From assembly GCA_038087875.1 (NCBI GenBank), contig JAXLNO010002420.1, forward strand, positions 62,001 through 122,540: a stretch of 60,540 nucleotides of DNA, written 5' to 3'. This document shows, one piece after another, positions 24,234 through 36,149 of the stretch (position 1 is its first letter; every line of letters begins with the position of its first letter). The position numbers were made by a program, and so were the translations under genes. Origin of the DNA: Malacoraja senta. Its lineage: Eukaryota. The notes below the pieces were generated by a model that did not search any database, was not told where the DNA came from, and saw only the letters and a program-made list of their open reading frames with translations.

Positions 24234-25170
24234 AGAATTTACTTTACTCCTTAGGAGTCAAGGACTAACAGGACCGCCAGATCTAAAAGGACCTTTAAAG
24301 TTCTTTTAAGAGCTTTAAGGACATTCGAAAACCGAAATGGACGGAGGACATTGGAGAAAACCGTGATCTTTGTATTTTCTTTTTAAAAAAACTTTTTTTT
24401 TTTACTAATCATTATTATTATCTGTATATTCATATCTAACTATATATGTAACAACTAATACTTATTAAATATCCATATTACCACTAAAATTATTAACATT
24501 AACATTTCTCATAAAAATTTAATACTGTATATGATTGATAACAATGATTAATAATTAATAGTCTTTGATTAACGTAGAAATGAATTACATACTTATATTA
24601 TATAAGAGGATATGCATAATAAATTAGCCTACGTCATAATAAAACTTGACGGTTTTCCTCTTTATTTTTCAATTTAAAACTAAATTTATAGATTTAGCGA
24701 AGAAATTAATATGATATGTAGAGAATAATAACGTTGTGAATTTTTGCTATTCTTGAACTTTTCTGCAGGGATACGTGCTTATGTATGTATGCACATGGGT
24801 ATATATACATATATATATGTATGTATGGTGTGTGTGTGTATGTATGGGTATGTATATAAGTTTGTTACTCCCAAAGAAGTTATTTGAATGTTAGAAATAA
24901 TCTTTCTTTTTCTTCGGGCACGGAGCTGGAAATTTTTTTTTCTTACAAAGGCTACGGAAGTCTTTAGAATTCTAGCCACGTTAGTGTGGCTATCACTAAC
25001 TACACTAATTGTAGATGTAGTTCTTTTTCTTTCACCCTTTACTAATCAATTCTATCACTTTTTTCACTTTAAATATTTTTATAACTTAATGTTTGAATGG
25101 AAAAACAAGTCTAATACAAGGAGATGTGTTCGGAAGAGCGATGTATATGATTTTAAATTCATCTATCTGA

Positions 25171-28107
25171 ATGTGGGAAACGTTTAAAGCGTTTGTTCGA
25201 GGTACATTAATTTGCGCTCAAGCATTTTATAATAAAGAGAACAGGATTAAGCAACAAACATTGGAAAGTGAAATCAAGCAACTAGATATAGAAAATGCGA
25301 GAATGCCATCTATTTTAAAACATAATAAAATTGCTGTATTGAAATATAAATTAAATAAAATGTATTCAGAACAAGTAATAAAACTTTATCAAAAAACCAA
25401 ACAATTACATTTTGAATTTGGAGACAAACCACAAAAACTATTAGTACGTCAGTTACGAAAAATGGAAGGGGAAAAAATAATTCATAAAATTAGAACAGAG
25501 ACAGGAGAATTATTAAAAATGCCCAAGGACATAAATGATAGATTTCTCCAATACTATCATAACCTTTATTCAACTAAAACCGTAGGACAATCAGAAGGAA
25601 TAGCAGATTTTTTACTAAAATATAATTTAAAAGGTTTAGATTCAAACGATAGAGAATTATTAGAAAGGGAGATTACCATAAAAGATATTGAGGAGTCTAT
25701 TGGCTCTTTAAAAAATGGTAAAGCAGTAGGACCAGATGGTTTAGGCTCCGAATTTTATAAAAAATGTTATGATTTGCTTTGCCCACGTTTACAAAGACTG
25801 TATGAGCATATCTATACTCAACAGAAACTTCCAGACACTTTAAATGAATCTATAATAACACTTATTCCTAAAGCTGATAAAGATCCGGAAGACCCGGGAT
25901 CATATAGAGCAATTGCACTTTTAAATACAGATCAGAAAATATTAACTAAAATACTAGCGCATAGATTAAGTACAGTGATGAATAAATTAATACACCCTGA
26001 CCAAACAGGCTTTATTCAGAAACGGTACTCATATTATAATCTAAGAAGATTATTTAATATTATATATTCCAAGAGAATTATTAATGAAGATCTAGCAATA
26101 ATCTCACTTGACGCTGAAAAAGCATTTGATCAGGTCGAATGGTCTTATTTATTTTCGGTGATGGAAAATATGCAGCTAGGGGAGAAATTCTGTACATGGA
26201 TAAAACTGTTATATACAAATCCCACGGCTAGAATATTTACAAACCAAAGGTTGTCATCTAAATTTAGCCTATCTAGAGGTTGTAGACAAGGATGCCCGTT
26301 ATCTCCATTATTATTTGCGCTTGCTATTGAGCCACTTGCAGAAAGAGTCAGGGGGCATCCGGAAATACACGGATATAACACAAAGGACACAGTGAATACA
26401 ATTTCTCTATACGCAGATGATGTATTAATTTACATTACAAAACCAGAAATTAGTATTCCAAACTTATTAAAGCTAATAACCCAATTTGGTTCACTTTCAG
26501 GATACAGAATAAATTGGAATAAAAGTGAAATTATGCCAATAAGGGAACATAACAAACCGATAATACAACAATTTCCATTTAAAATAGTAAAGGAAAAATT
26601 TAAATATCTAGGTATTTATGTAACTAAGATATATACATCATTATTTAAAGCAAATTTTCCACCATTACTGAATAAACTACATAAGAATATTCAATACTGG
26701 AAAACACTTCCTATCTCAATGGTTGGCAAAATTAATGCCATAAAAATGATTTTTTTACCGCAAATATTATACCTTTTTCGGACAATTCCGATATATCTGG
26801 CAAAAAACTTTTGTTTTAAACTGGACTCTATTGTTAATGATTTTATCTGGGATTATAAGAATCATAGGATAAACAAAAGACATTTGTGTAAATCAAAAAT
26901 AAATGGAGGCTTGGTTTTACCCAACTTTTTGTTTTATTTCTGGGCAGTTAATATTAAAAATATGAATTTCTGGTTGGAAGAAATAGATCATCAACCAGAC
27001 TGGTTAAAAATGGAAAAGGAAGATTGTTTACCTTTTGATATCGGTTCGATATTATTTGCTACGTCTAAACTAAACAAAAAAATTTATAGGGAAAACCCTA
27101 TAATATTTAGTGCTATACGAATTTGGAAACAATTAAAAAAGACATTAAAATTAGATAATTTATCACTTTTTCTTCCAATTGTGAATAACCCTTTGTTTAA
27201 GCCTTCATGGTTGGACGGGGGTTTTACACAATGGAAGAATTATGGAATTAAAAATATGGGACAACTTTACAAGGAAGGCACTTTTCTGACATTTCAGGAG
27301 TTGCAACAGACTTATGGACTTCGAGGAAATGATTATTTCAGATATCTTCAACTTAGAGATTATGTTAAATCGAATACTCAAAATTTTCGAATTAGAAATT
27401 CAGAAATTCTTGATGAATGTTGGAACAAACATCCTAATACAGAAAAATTAATATCTTATATATATAATATCTTATTAGACAGTGACATTCCATCGACGGA
27501 CTTACACAGACAAACATGGGAAAAAGAATTAAATCAAATAATAACGAATGATACTTGGGAAGAAAGTTCGCAACACATACATCAATGTTCATTAAACGCC
27601 AGACATTCTCTAATACAATTTAAAGTAATACATAGGTTACATTATTCAAAAACAAAACTACATAAAATGTTTCAACATATCTCACCTATATGTGATAAAT
27701 GTCAACATTTAGAAGCTACCTTATCTCATATGTTTGCAAACTGTATAAAAATTAAAAAATTCTGGGTAAATATTTTCAGTATAATATCTAAAGTAACCAG
27801 CACACAATTGGACCCAGATCCAAAATTAATAATACTTGGAATATTAGAATTAAATCAAACATTTAAAACAACACAAAGAAACTTTATTGATTATAGTTTA
27901 ATAACAGGAAAAAAATTAATTCTAAAATTTTGGAAAGGCCCTACGACCCCCACAATCAAAATGTGGATTATAGAAATGACGGAGACCTTAAACGTGGAAA
28001 GAATCAGATTCTCCCTGTTGGACAAACAGGAATTATTCGTTGGAACATGGTCTCCTTTTATTGATTACTTAAAGGGTCAGAACAGTTCAGCACAGGAACC
28101 TGATTAG
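25171..28107 (+). CDS. L1/Tx1 ORF2 lacking the APE endonuclease (RT plus C-terminal Cys-rich region), 978 aa
   Basis: WETFKAFVRG, KAVGPDGLGSEFYK, SLDAEKAFDQVEW, GCRQGCPLSPLLF, LYADD, CDKC...HMFANC; no endonuclease motifs in the 940 nt between ORF1 and this ORF beyond FIYLNV. Confidence 0.92.
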   Translation: MWETFKAFVRGTLICAQAFYNKENRIKQQTLESEIKQLDIENARMPSILKHNKIAVLKYKLNKMYSEQVIKLYQKTKQLHFEFGDKPQKLLVRQLRKMEGEKIIHKIRTETGELLKMPKDINDRFLQYYHNLYSTKTVGQSEGIADFLLKYNLKGLDSNDRELLEREITIKDIEESIGSLKNGKAVGPDGLGSEFYKKCYDLLCPRLQRLYEHIYTQQKLPDTLNESIITLIPKADKDPEDPGSYRAIALLNTDQKILTKILAHRLSTVMNKLIHPDQTGFIQKRYSYYNLRRLFNIIYSKRIINEDLAIISLDAEKAFDQVEWSYLFSVMENMQLGEKFCTWIKLLYTNPTARIFTNQRLSSKFSLSRGCRQGCPLSPLLFALAIEPLAERVRGHPEIHGYNTKDTVNTISLYADDVLIYITKPEISIPNLLKLITQFGSLSGYRINWNKSEIMPIREHNKPIIQQFPFKIVKEKFKYLGIYVTKIYTSLFKANFPPLLNKLHKNIQYWKTLPISMVGKINAIKMIFLPQILYLFRTIPIYLAKNFCFKLDSIVNDFIWDYKNHRINKRHLCKSKINGGLVLPNFLFYFWAVNIKNMNFWLEEIDHQPDWLKMEKEDCLPFDIGSILFATSKLNKKIYRENPIIFSAIRIWKQLKKTLKLDNLSLFLPIVNNPLFKPSWLDGGFTQWKNYGIKNMGQLYKEGTFLTFQELQQTYGLRGNDYFRYLQLRDYVKSNTQNFRIRNSEILDECWNKHPNTEKLISYIYNILLDSDIPSTDLHRQTWEKELNQIITNDTWEESSQHIHQCSLNARHSLIQFKVIHRLHYSKTKLHKMFQHISPICDKCQHLEATLSHMFANCIKIKKFWVNIFSIISKVTSTQLDPDPKLIILGILELNQTFKTTQRNFIDYSLITGKKLILKFWKGPTTPTIKMWIIEMTETLNVERIRFSLLDKQELFVGTWSPFIDYLKGQNSSAQEPD

Positions 28108-29148
28108 CACCCGGGCTAAAGAATGGATGAAATGCTATATTTAGAAATGTACGAATATATCTCGAATGAAGTTTTCTATTTTAATAAATTTTTCCATTCT
28201 TCTTTAACTATCTTTTTTCTTTTTTTTTAAATTGTTTTTTTTGTTTTTTTGTTGTTGTTTTTCTTCTCTTTCTTTTCTTTCTTTACTTCATCTTTTTCTT
28301 TAGTTCTATTTAGTTTAAAAAAAAAAAAAAAAAGCAAAAGGTATTGGAGACAAGGTAATAATAATTGACAATATTATCAATTTAAAAATGTAAGACTGTA
28401 ATGATATAACTAGGTTGTGTACGTATCTCCAATAAAAAAAATAAAAATAAAAAATAAAAAAAAAACTTCCATACCCCTTTTTGCCGTGCAGGCTACAGCT
28501 CATGGCATAAAACTGTAGCATAGTGGATAAAAACAGGATGACTATTGGAGAAGGGAAGGGGGCCCAAAAGATACTTTGTACCCACTGATAAAATTCCTCT
28601 GAGGCCCTGCGTATACACGCACAAACAGTGTGTGTTGTGAACCATGTCTTCGAAGATGCGCATGTATCGTGAGGCATTTCCCAAGTTGGGCTTCACAAGC
28701 ATTGTTCAAAATCCGTGGTCAAGCTGCAATGTGTTCTCTGTGTCAAGGTGTTGAGTCACGAGAGCATGAAGCCCAGCAAATTGAAGATCCATTTGGAGTC
28801 TTGTCACAGCAACCTGGCGGGGAAGAGCGTGGACTGTTCAAACGAAAAGAAGCCGTAGTCAAGCAGCTTTGGAGGCTTCATACCGGATTGCTTATCGAAT
28901 CACACAGACTAAGAAACCTCACAGCATCGGTGAAGAGCTTATCAAGCCATGCCTTCTCGAAGCAGCAAAGTTGGTGCTGGGGGAAGAGCAGTCAAACAAG
29001 TTCAGGCAGATTTCCCTTTTGAATGACACAGTCAAAAGTTGAATCTCGGATATGAGTAATGATATTCTGCTGCAAGTAGTGAGGGCTGTGACGAGCAGTC
29101 CAGTGTATTCACTGCAACTGGACAAGGCAACAGATGTTGCCTCATGTT

Positions 29149-29272
29149 GTTAAAGAAGGAACTGCAGATGCTGGAAAATCGAAGGTACACAAAAATGCTG
29201 GAGAAACTCAGCAGGTGCAGCAGCATCTATGTAGCGAAGGAAATAGGCAACGTTTCGGGCCGAAACCCTTCT
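29149..29272 (-). mobile_element. 124-bp 5'-truncated hammerhead-type PLE repeat with 14-bp TSD, inserted in the hAT transposase
   Basis: TGTTGCCTCATGTT at 29135-29148 and 29273-29286; the minus strand starts AGAAGGGTTTCGGCCCGAAACGTTG. Confidence 0.88.
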
Positions 29273-29309
29273 TGTTGCCTCATGTTCCCAACTACTAGTC
29301 TACGTTTGT

Positions 29310-29912
29310 TAGAGATTAGAGATTAGAGATTCCATTATTTGTCATTCAGACCTTTCGGTCTGAACGAAATTTCTTTGCCTGCAGTCATACATATAATAAT
29401 AAATAACAAAACGCGGACGCAGCTGTAGTTGCGGGAGCTCCAGAAAAACAGGTCACCCACCTGTGACCTGCGAGCTCCCGACGATGTCGTCCACCGGGCC
29501 CGCGGCCGAGCCTCCGGATTCAGGTCGCCACCAGTGTCCTCGGTCGCCACCGCCAGAATGCCACCGCAGCCCCGAAGTTGGCCAGCCCCGCGCTGGTAAG
29601 TCCTGGCTCTGCCTCCGGAGCCTCGAGGTCGGTCGGTCGGTCGGTCGCACTTGGAGTTGGAGGCCGGCAGCTCCGCCATTAGGCCTCAGCGCAGACGGAG
29701 GCAGAGAAGGGGGATACGACAAGAAAAAGTCGCACTCTCCCGAAGGAAGAGACAAAAATCATGTTTCACCCCCCCACCCCACACATAGACAACCCAATAA
29801 ACTAAAATTTAAACTAAAAGAAAACAACAAAAAAAGTAAAAACAGACGGACTGCAGGCGAGCCGCTGCTGTTCGACAGCGCCGCCACTTCCGGAATGGCG
29901 GCGCTGTCGAAC
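29310..29912 (-). mobile_element. Non-autonomous GC-rich retroelement with (AATCTCT)n tail and a terminal hairpin, inserted in the hAT transposase
   Basis: Removing it restores ...LVYVC-FDGVAMTEEYLF...; AGAGATT repeats at the left end; 17-bp-arm palindrome at the right end. Confidence 0.65.
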
Positions 29913-30225
29913 TTCGATGGAGTAGCCATGACGGAGGAGTACCTGTTCTCGGAGCCATTGGCTACTACCACTCGGGGAGAAGATGTGTTCAGAATGCTGG
30001 AAGCCTTCCTCATCAAACATGAGCTTGGCTGGGAACGCCTTGTCGGGATGTGTACAGATGGGACACCTTCCATGGTCGGTTGCAGATCCGGTTTCCAAGC
30101 CTTCGTGAAGTTTGTCGCTCCCCATGTCTCCTTCACCCACTGCATGATACATCGCCATGCTTTAGCAATGAAGACTCTCGCTCTTGATCTTCGAGAAGTG
30201 CTTTCAGATGTGGTGAAGATTGTGA

Positions 30226-30366
<141 letters not shown>

Positions 30367-31314
30367 TGAGAGGAAATAGCGCTGTTCTTGGTGAGAAGGT
30401 GTACTGAGAAGGAGAATCAGCTTCATGAAAAGATGCAGGATGAACTGTTCGTGATGAAGGTTGCTTACTTGGCTGACTTCTTCGCCGAGGTGAATTCCTT
30501 GAACCTGTCACTTCAAGGAAACCTCCCAATGGCAAAGTGGCAGCATTCAGGAAGAACCTTTACCAGAGAAGAGTCCAGGACGGTGACTCGACTATCTTCC
30601 CTGAGATGACAACTCTCCTGGATGCTATGCCTGATGCTGAATGCCACTTCCACGAGGAGATCTCAACCCACCTTCTGGCAATTAGTGAAGCCATCGAACG
30701 TTATTTCCCCAGACTGGACGACTGCTCTCATGATGAGTGGATCATCCGACCCTTTTCCGTTGAAGACGGTGGCATCAGTGATACTGACGTGACTGCGAAG
30801 GTTGAATTTTACCGAATTCGTGGAGATGCGCAACTCAAGAGTGACTTCATGGAACAAGGGCTCGCCACGTTTTGGCTGGAAGTGAAGGACTGTCCTGTTC
30901 TTTCGAAGAGGGCCTTGACCCTATTGGTCCAGTCCCCCTCAACCTCTCACTGTGAGGGTGGATTTTCAACTATGGTAACTCTGAAAACGAAGGTACGCAA
31001 TAGGCTTGTGATCGACACTGACATGAGATGCTGCCTGTCGAGCATTCGTCCATGTTTTGATTGCCTGATGACTGCGAAGCAATTTCAGCCATCCCATTGA
31101 CTGAGCATTGGCTGACATGTTTTAATAAATCGGGCTGTTTTTTTTCAAATTTTGTTTCAGAGGTCACGGTACTGATCAAGAATGCCCGATGGGGTCGTGG
31201 GGCCAAAAAGGTTAAGAACCACTGCTCTAAAGCTTAAAACTAAAGGGGCTAATAAAGGCCACAAAGTGGCTTTAGTGAGTCGGATTACAGAAAATCCCAC
31301 ATCTTTTTCAAGGT

Positions 31315-31975
31315 TTCATGGTTAGTTTATTGTCACATATACCAATTAAGATACATTGAAATGCAGACTACCATACACCATACAAAAAAAAGCAACAAGA
31401 CACACAATAACATAAAAGTTAACATAAACATCCACAATAGAGGAGCCCGCACGTTCCTCACTGTGATGGAAGGCAATAAAGTCTAATCTCCTTCCTCTTT
31501 ATCTCCCGCGGTCGGGGCAGTCAAACAATCTGCAGTCGGCGGTCGAAACCCCCTGTTGGGGAATCGATACTCCCACATCGGAGCGGTCGAAACTCCTGCG
31601 GCTTGGAGATCCGGAATGTCGGTCTCGACCGAGGATCGCGGGCTCCGCGATGTTAAAGTCTTCCAGGCTCTCACAGTTGGAGCCCTAAAGTCGATCCCCG
31701 ACAAGGATTGCGAGCTCCATGATGGTAAGTCCACAGGCTCCTGCGATGGATCTCCCGGTCGATCTCTAGCAAAGGCCGCCATTCCTCAATGTTAGGCCGC
31801 ATTGTGGACGGAGATACGATACAGAAAATATCGCATCAACGTCGAGGTAAGAGATTAGGAAAAGTTTCCCACAACTCCCCCACCCCCCCCCCAAAACAAG
31901 CTAAAGAACACTAAAGAATATACATTTAACACGTACAAAACGGACACAAAGAAGGAAGGGACAGACATACTGTTG
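31315..31975 (-). mobile_element. Non-autonomous GC-rich repeat with a LINE-type 3' tail (related to about 22395-22760)
   Basis: Shares TTTATT.TCACATA...AAACATCCAC...CACTGTG.TGGAAGGCAA with the copy at about 22400-22540. Confidence 0.5.
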
Positions 31976-32084
31976 GCGAGGCAACCATTGCAGCAAAAGG
32001 TGGATTGCTTAAGGATATAGAAGGGAATATGTGCCTGGAGTTTGTGGATATAGGCGAGGTTTGGTTTCACCAAGGAAGACATGT

Positions 32085-32915
32085 AGAATAGTAAGGACCA
32101 TTAATAGTAAGTACATCATAAAATCCTCCAACATTTTTGCCACCTCCAACGGGATCCCACTACTGGTCACATCTTCCCATCTCCACCCCTTTCTGCTTTC
32201 CGCAGAGACCGTTCCCTCCGAAACTCCCTAGTCAACTCGTCCCTTCACACCCAAACCACCCGCTCCCTGGATACTTTCCCCTGCAACCGCAGGAGATGCA
32301 ACACCTGTCCCTTTACGTCCCCCCTCGACTCCGTCCAAGGACCTAAAGTCTTTCCAGGTGAGGCAGAAGTTCACTTGCACCTCTTCCAACCTCATCTACT
32401 GTATCCGCTGTTTCAGTTGTCAACTTCTCTACATCATTGAGACCAAGCGCTGGCTCGGTGATCGTTTTGCTGAACATTTCCCCTCAGTCCGTCTTACCCT
32501 ACCCGATCTCCCGGTGGCTCAGCACTTCAACTCCCCCTCCCATTCCCAATCTGACCTTTCTGTCCTGGGCCTCCTCCATTGTCAGAGTGAGGCCCAGCCC
32601 ATATTGGAGGAACAGCACCTCATATTTCGCTTGGGTAGTCTATACTCCAGCGGTATGAACATTGACTTCTATAACTTTCGATAGCCCTTGATTTCTCTCT
32701 CCATCCCCTCCCTCTTCCCAATTCTGCCACCAGTCTTACTGTCTCCGCCGACATTCTATCTTTGTCCCTCCCCTGACATCAGTCTGAAGAAGGGTCTCGA
32801 CCCAAAACAATGCCCATTCCATCTCTCCAGGGAAGCTGCCTGACCCGCTGAGTTACGCCAGCATTTTGTGTCTCTCTTCGATTTTAACATTTGCAGCATC
32901 TGCAGTTCTTTCTTA
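32085..32915 (+). mobile_element. Penelope-like element 3' part: GIY-YIG endonuclease, pyrimidine tract and hammerhead-type terminal repeat
   Basis: VRQKFTCTSSNLIYCIRCFSCQLLYIIETKRWLGDRFAEH...PVAQHFNS...LEEQHLIFRLGSL; CTGAAGAAGGGTCTCGACCCAAAAC at about 32784. Confidence 0.9.
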
Positions 32916-33039
32916 CACATGGAGAATCAATGTGGAGAATGCTAACATGCAGGGACACTTTGAAGTTAAGTAAGAAGGAGATGTTGGATCACTTGAAGAG
33001 AAATGTGGATAAATCCCCAGGACAGAGGGGTGTAGTGGA

Positions 33040-33500
33040 TGATAATAATAATCGTTGAAAACATTAGTGCCGTGCTGGTTTCCAATGGGCACGGTGACGG
33101 ACGCACCACACATCTCTCCTCCATGCAACTGGCAAGCTCCTCTTTTGTCACTACACATGCGTCTTCCATCAACGTATTCAGCATCATCTTGATTGGCCGT
33201 CCTGGGTCAAGTCTTCCATGGGTGGGTTCCCACAGCACAACCTTGTTTGCTGGCATTTCTGGGTGGCGGAGCCAGTGACCTGCGAGCCTCATCCTTCTCA
33301 ACGTGATCTTCTCGGTCAGAGGTGGATTCTCCCCATAGAGCTGGGCGTTGGTGATGTGGTCCCTCCATCTGACATTTTGAACTTTTCCGAGCATTCGGGT
33401 GTAGGTACCATCGAGAGACTTGGACAGTGCTGGAGTGAGAGTCCATGCCTCACACCCGTACAATAATATGGTCTCTACAGTTGTACGGAAGGCCAAATAT
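33040..33500 (-). mobile_element. RTE-clade LINE 3' fragment with an open reading frame
   Basis: FRTTVETILLYGCEAWTL...LDGTYTRML...RRMRLAGH...LWEPTHGR..GRP; short ATT-type repeat tail near 33041-33052. Confidence 0.8.
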
Positions 33501-33652
33501 TCAGGCTGTAGTTCAGTGACAAGTAGAGTTCTGCAGGGATCTGTGCTGTGACCCTTGCTACTTGTGACATATATAAATGACTTGGACCCTGGTGTTCAGA
33601 AATTACCCAGTCATAACAATTAATCAAATAATGATTTTTATTTTTATTTCAG

Positions 33653-33928
33653 ATTATCACTACGTTCAAGGACAGTTTGGTTGTGAGGTGAACGATCACA
33701 GTCCCACTGTAGGGATATTGAAGTTGGCTTTTGATGGAAGATATGCATTTAGTTTTGATAAGGACAAGCTAAAGTGGACGGTTCATGATCCAATAGCTGA
33801 GCCCTTCAAAGAGAAATGGGACAAGAATGAAAAAATGAACCGTTATTTCAAGAGCTTGTTAGAACATGACTGTGTGGATCTATGGCTTACATACTATGCA
33901 ATTGGAAAGACATACCTGACCAGAAAAG
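33653..33928 (+). CDS. MHC class I alpha2 domain exon (276 nt)
   Basis: Acceptor ttttatttcAG|AT, donor G|GTGAGT; canonical 276-nt length. Translates (N)YHYVQGQFGCEVNDHSPTVGILKLAFDGRYAFSFDKDKLKWTVHDPIAEPFKEKWDKNEKMNRYFKSLLEHDCVDLWLTYYAIGKTYLTRK, with C101/C164, H93, Q96, AFDG, K146-W147 and Y171. Confidence 0.95.
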
Positions 33929-34569
33929 GTGAGTTCAGAACAAAGGATGTTGTTTTGTGATGGTAGGCAATGAGTAATATTATCTCTGACCCAATCATGA
34001 CAGAGGGAAAGGTCATTCGGCCCATTGATTCTATGCTAGTTTTCTATGCAATGTCGACAAACTGTTCCACAGCTCTCTCTCACAACTTGCACTCAGCTCC
34101 CTCGGATTCTCCTTGCATTCAGCTCCACGACGGATAATTTGCAATGTCCAACTAACTCACCGGCATGTTTTTGGTATATTGGACAAAACTGGAGCACATG
34201 GAGGAAGCCAACTGAGTCATAAGGTCATAAGTAATGGCTGCAGCATTAGAACATTCGGCCCATCAAGTCGACTTCGCCCGTCAATCATGGCTGATCTATC
34301 TCTCCCTCCTAACCCCATTCTCCTGCCTTCTCCCCATAACCCCTGACGTGCATACTAATATAGAATTAAAAGTATCCATTGACGGACTCCACAGCCTTCT
34401 GTGGCAAATAATTCCACAGAATCACCACCATCTGACAAAATAAATTCCTCCTCATCTCTTTCCTAAAGGAATGTCCTTTAATATTGAGACTATGACCTCT
34501 CGTCGTAGACTCTCCCACCATTGGAGACATCCTCTCCACATCCACATCTATCCAAGCCTTTCACTATTT

Positions 34570-36118
34570 GTTTGTTTAAAAAAAAATATTGTTATTAGAA
34601 GCATGTGCATATCATAATACAAACATTTCTTATATATCAATCCTACTTTGCTAATAGGTGGGAGTCCAGCTATCAAAATAATAGTGGTCCTCATTTATCA
34701 ATTGTATATTAAATCTGCTTCTATTTATTTTTTTATTTTTTTATAGATAGAAAGTGAGAAATTTAAAAAAAGGCATGATAAAGAAGAATGGAATAATTTG
34801 CCAATAATACAACTTTGGAGATGGGTCCGTAGGTTATAAAGCATAACTATTCATCTAATCCTGAGCTTGGATTTCAGTCAGATTCCCATGCTGAACCAAT
34901 TTACCCTTTCAAAAAATCAATAAATGGAGACCATATTCTATTAAATAATTCATGTTTGTCAATTAAGACAAGTCTAGTTCTTTCCAAATGTAAGGTCTCT
35001 GATATTTCCATAATCCACATTTTAATTGTGGGGGTTATAGGATCTTTCCAAAATGTTAATATTAATTTTTCCCAATTATTATACTATAATCAAGAACGTT
35101 TCTTTGGTTTATTATAAGGCTTAGGCTTTGTTCTGATATTCCTAATATTATTAGTTTTGAGTCGGGATCCAGAAGGGGAGGGGCCATCTTGGGGAACGGC
35201 TGCTAGGTCAGCAGCTGTCCATTTAATTCACTTTTTTTTTGTAGTTCTAGTGAGTCCTGTGTTCTGTTTGTGGGGGAAATAGACTTTTTAATGTAGGGGG
35301 AAGGGGGTAACTATATTTCTAGGTCCCTACCTGGTCGGTGAGGCAGCTTTTTCTCCGGGCTGCCCCGTCGACCCGTCCTCGTGGCCTACCAGCGGGCGTG
35401 GAGCGCCGTTTTCCTGGAGGGGACCGCCCAGCACCTCGGCTTCGGTGGCGGCATAGCGCTAGAGCGGGCGATGCCTTGCCTGGGTCGCCACGCTGGATCG
35501 ACGTGCTGGAGCTCCGGTGAGCTGTGACTGCCGAGGTCAACACCTCCGGGCTGCGGGTCTGCGGAGCGGAGCGGGCGGTGCCGACTTCAACATCGGGAGT
35601 CTGGGAGCTCCAAACCGGCGCGGCCTTGTCGGCTTCGGAAGCCGCGGACTTCGGTAGGGAAGCGGCTGTTCCAGGTGGCCCAGCCGCTGAGAGGACTCTC
35701 CCGACGCCGGGGCAACAGCACCCGGCGAGAACGGCCAGGAACATCGGGCCTCCGTAGAGGCAATAGCTGAGGCCTCAATAGGCCTGACTTTTGGGAGAAC
35801 TGGGGATGGGGACTGGACATTGTGCCTTCCCCCACAGTGGTAACCATCCAGTGGGGGGATGATTTCTGTGTGTTAGTGATTATTTTAGTGTGTGTCCAAG
35901 ATGGCTGCTGGAAGGGAGAGTGTACGCTGGCGCGGTTTAGCTGCCGCTGCTCTCTCGTCACATTGTGTTTCTGATTTTTTTGTTTTTGGATCGAATTCTG
36001 TCTTTAATTTGTCTATTGGTGATGTCTTTACTATTTATTTTACTCCGATTATATGTTTTTTTACTTGTTAAATACTGTAAGGTGTCCTTGAGACTCTTGA
36101 AAGGCGCCCATAAATAAA

Positions 36119-36149
<31 letters not shown>

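Larger units (their letters stand above)
23040..28463 (+). mobile_element. L1/Tx1-clade LINE with 5' end, ORF1, endonuclease-less ORF2, poly(A) and 14-bp TSD
   Basis: TSD AACTTCCATACCCC at 23026-23039 and 28464-28477; starts GACTTCCGGTGG; A-rich tail after AATAAA. Confidence 0.93.

Noticed and set aside
29463-29920. N-terminal part of the 270-aa ORF and overlapping antisense ORFs
   Set aside because: Read-through of a GC-rich inserted repeat; only the part after about 29913 is transposase.
35319-35961. Several 60-140-aa ORFs in CpG-rich sequence (likewise 19240-20064 and 52505-53129)
   Set aside because: They lie inside non-autonomous repeats whose high GC content suppresses stops; no recognisable domains.
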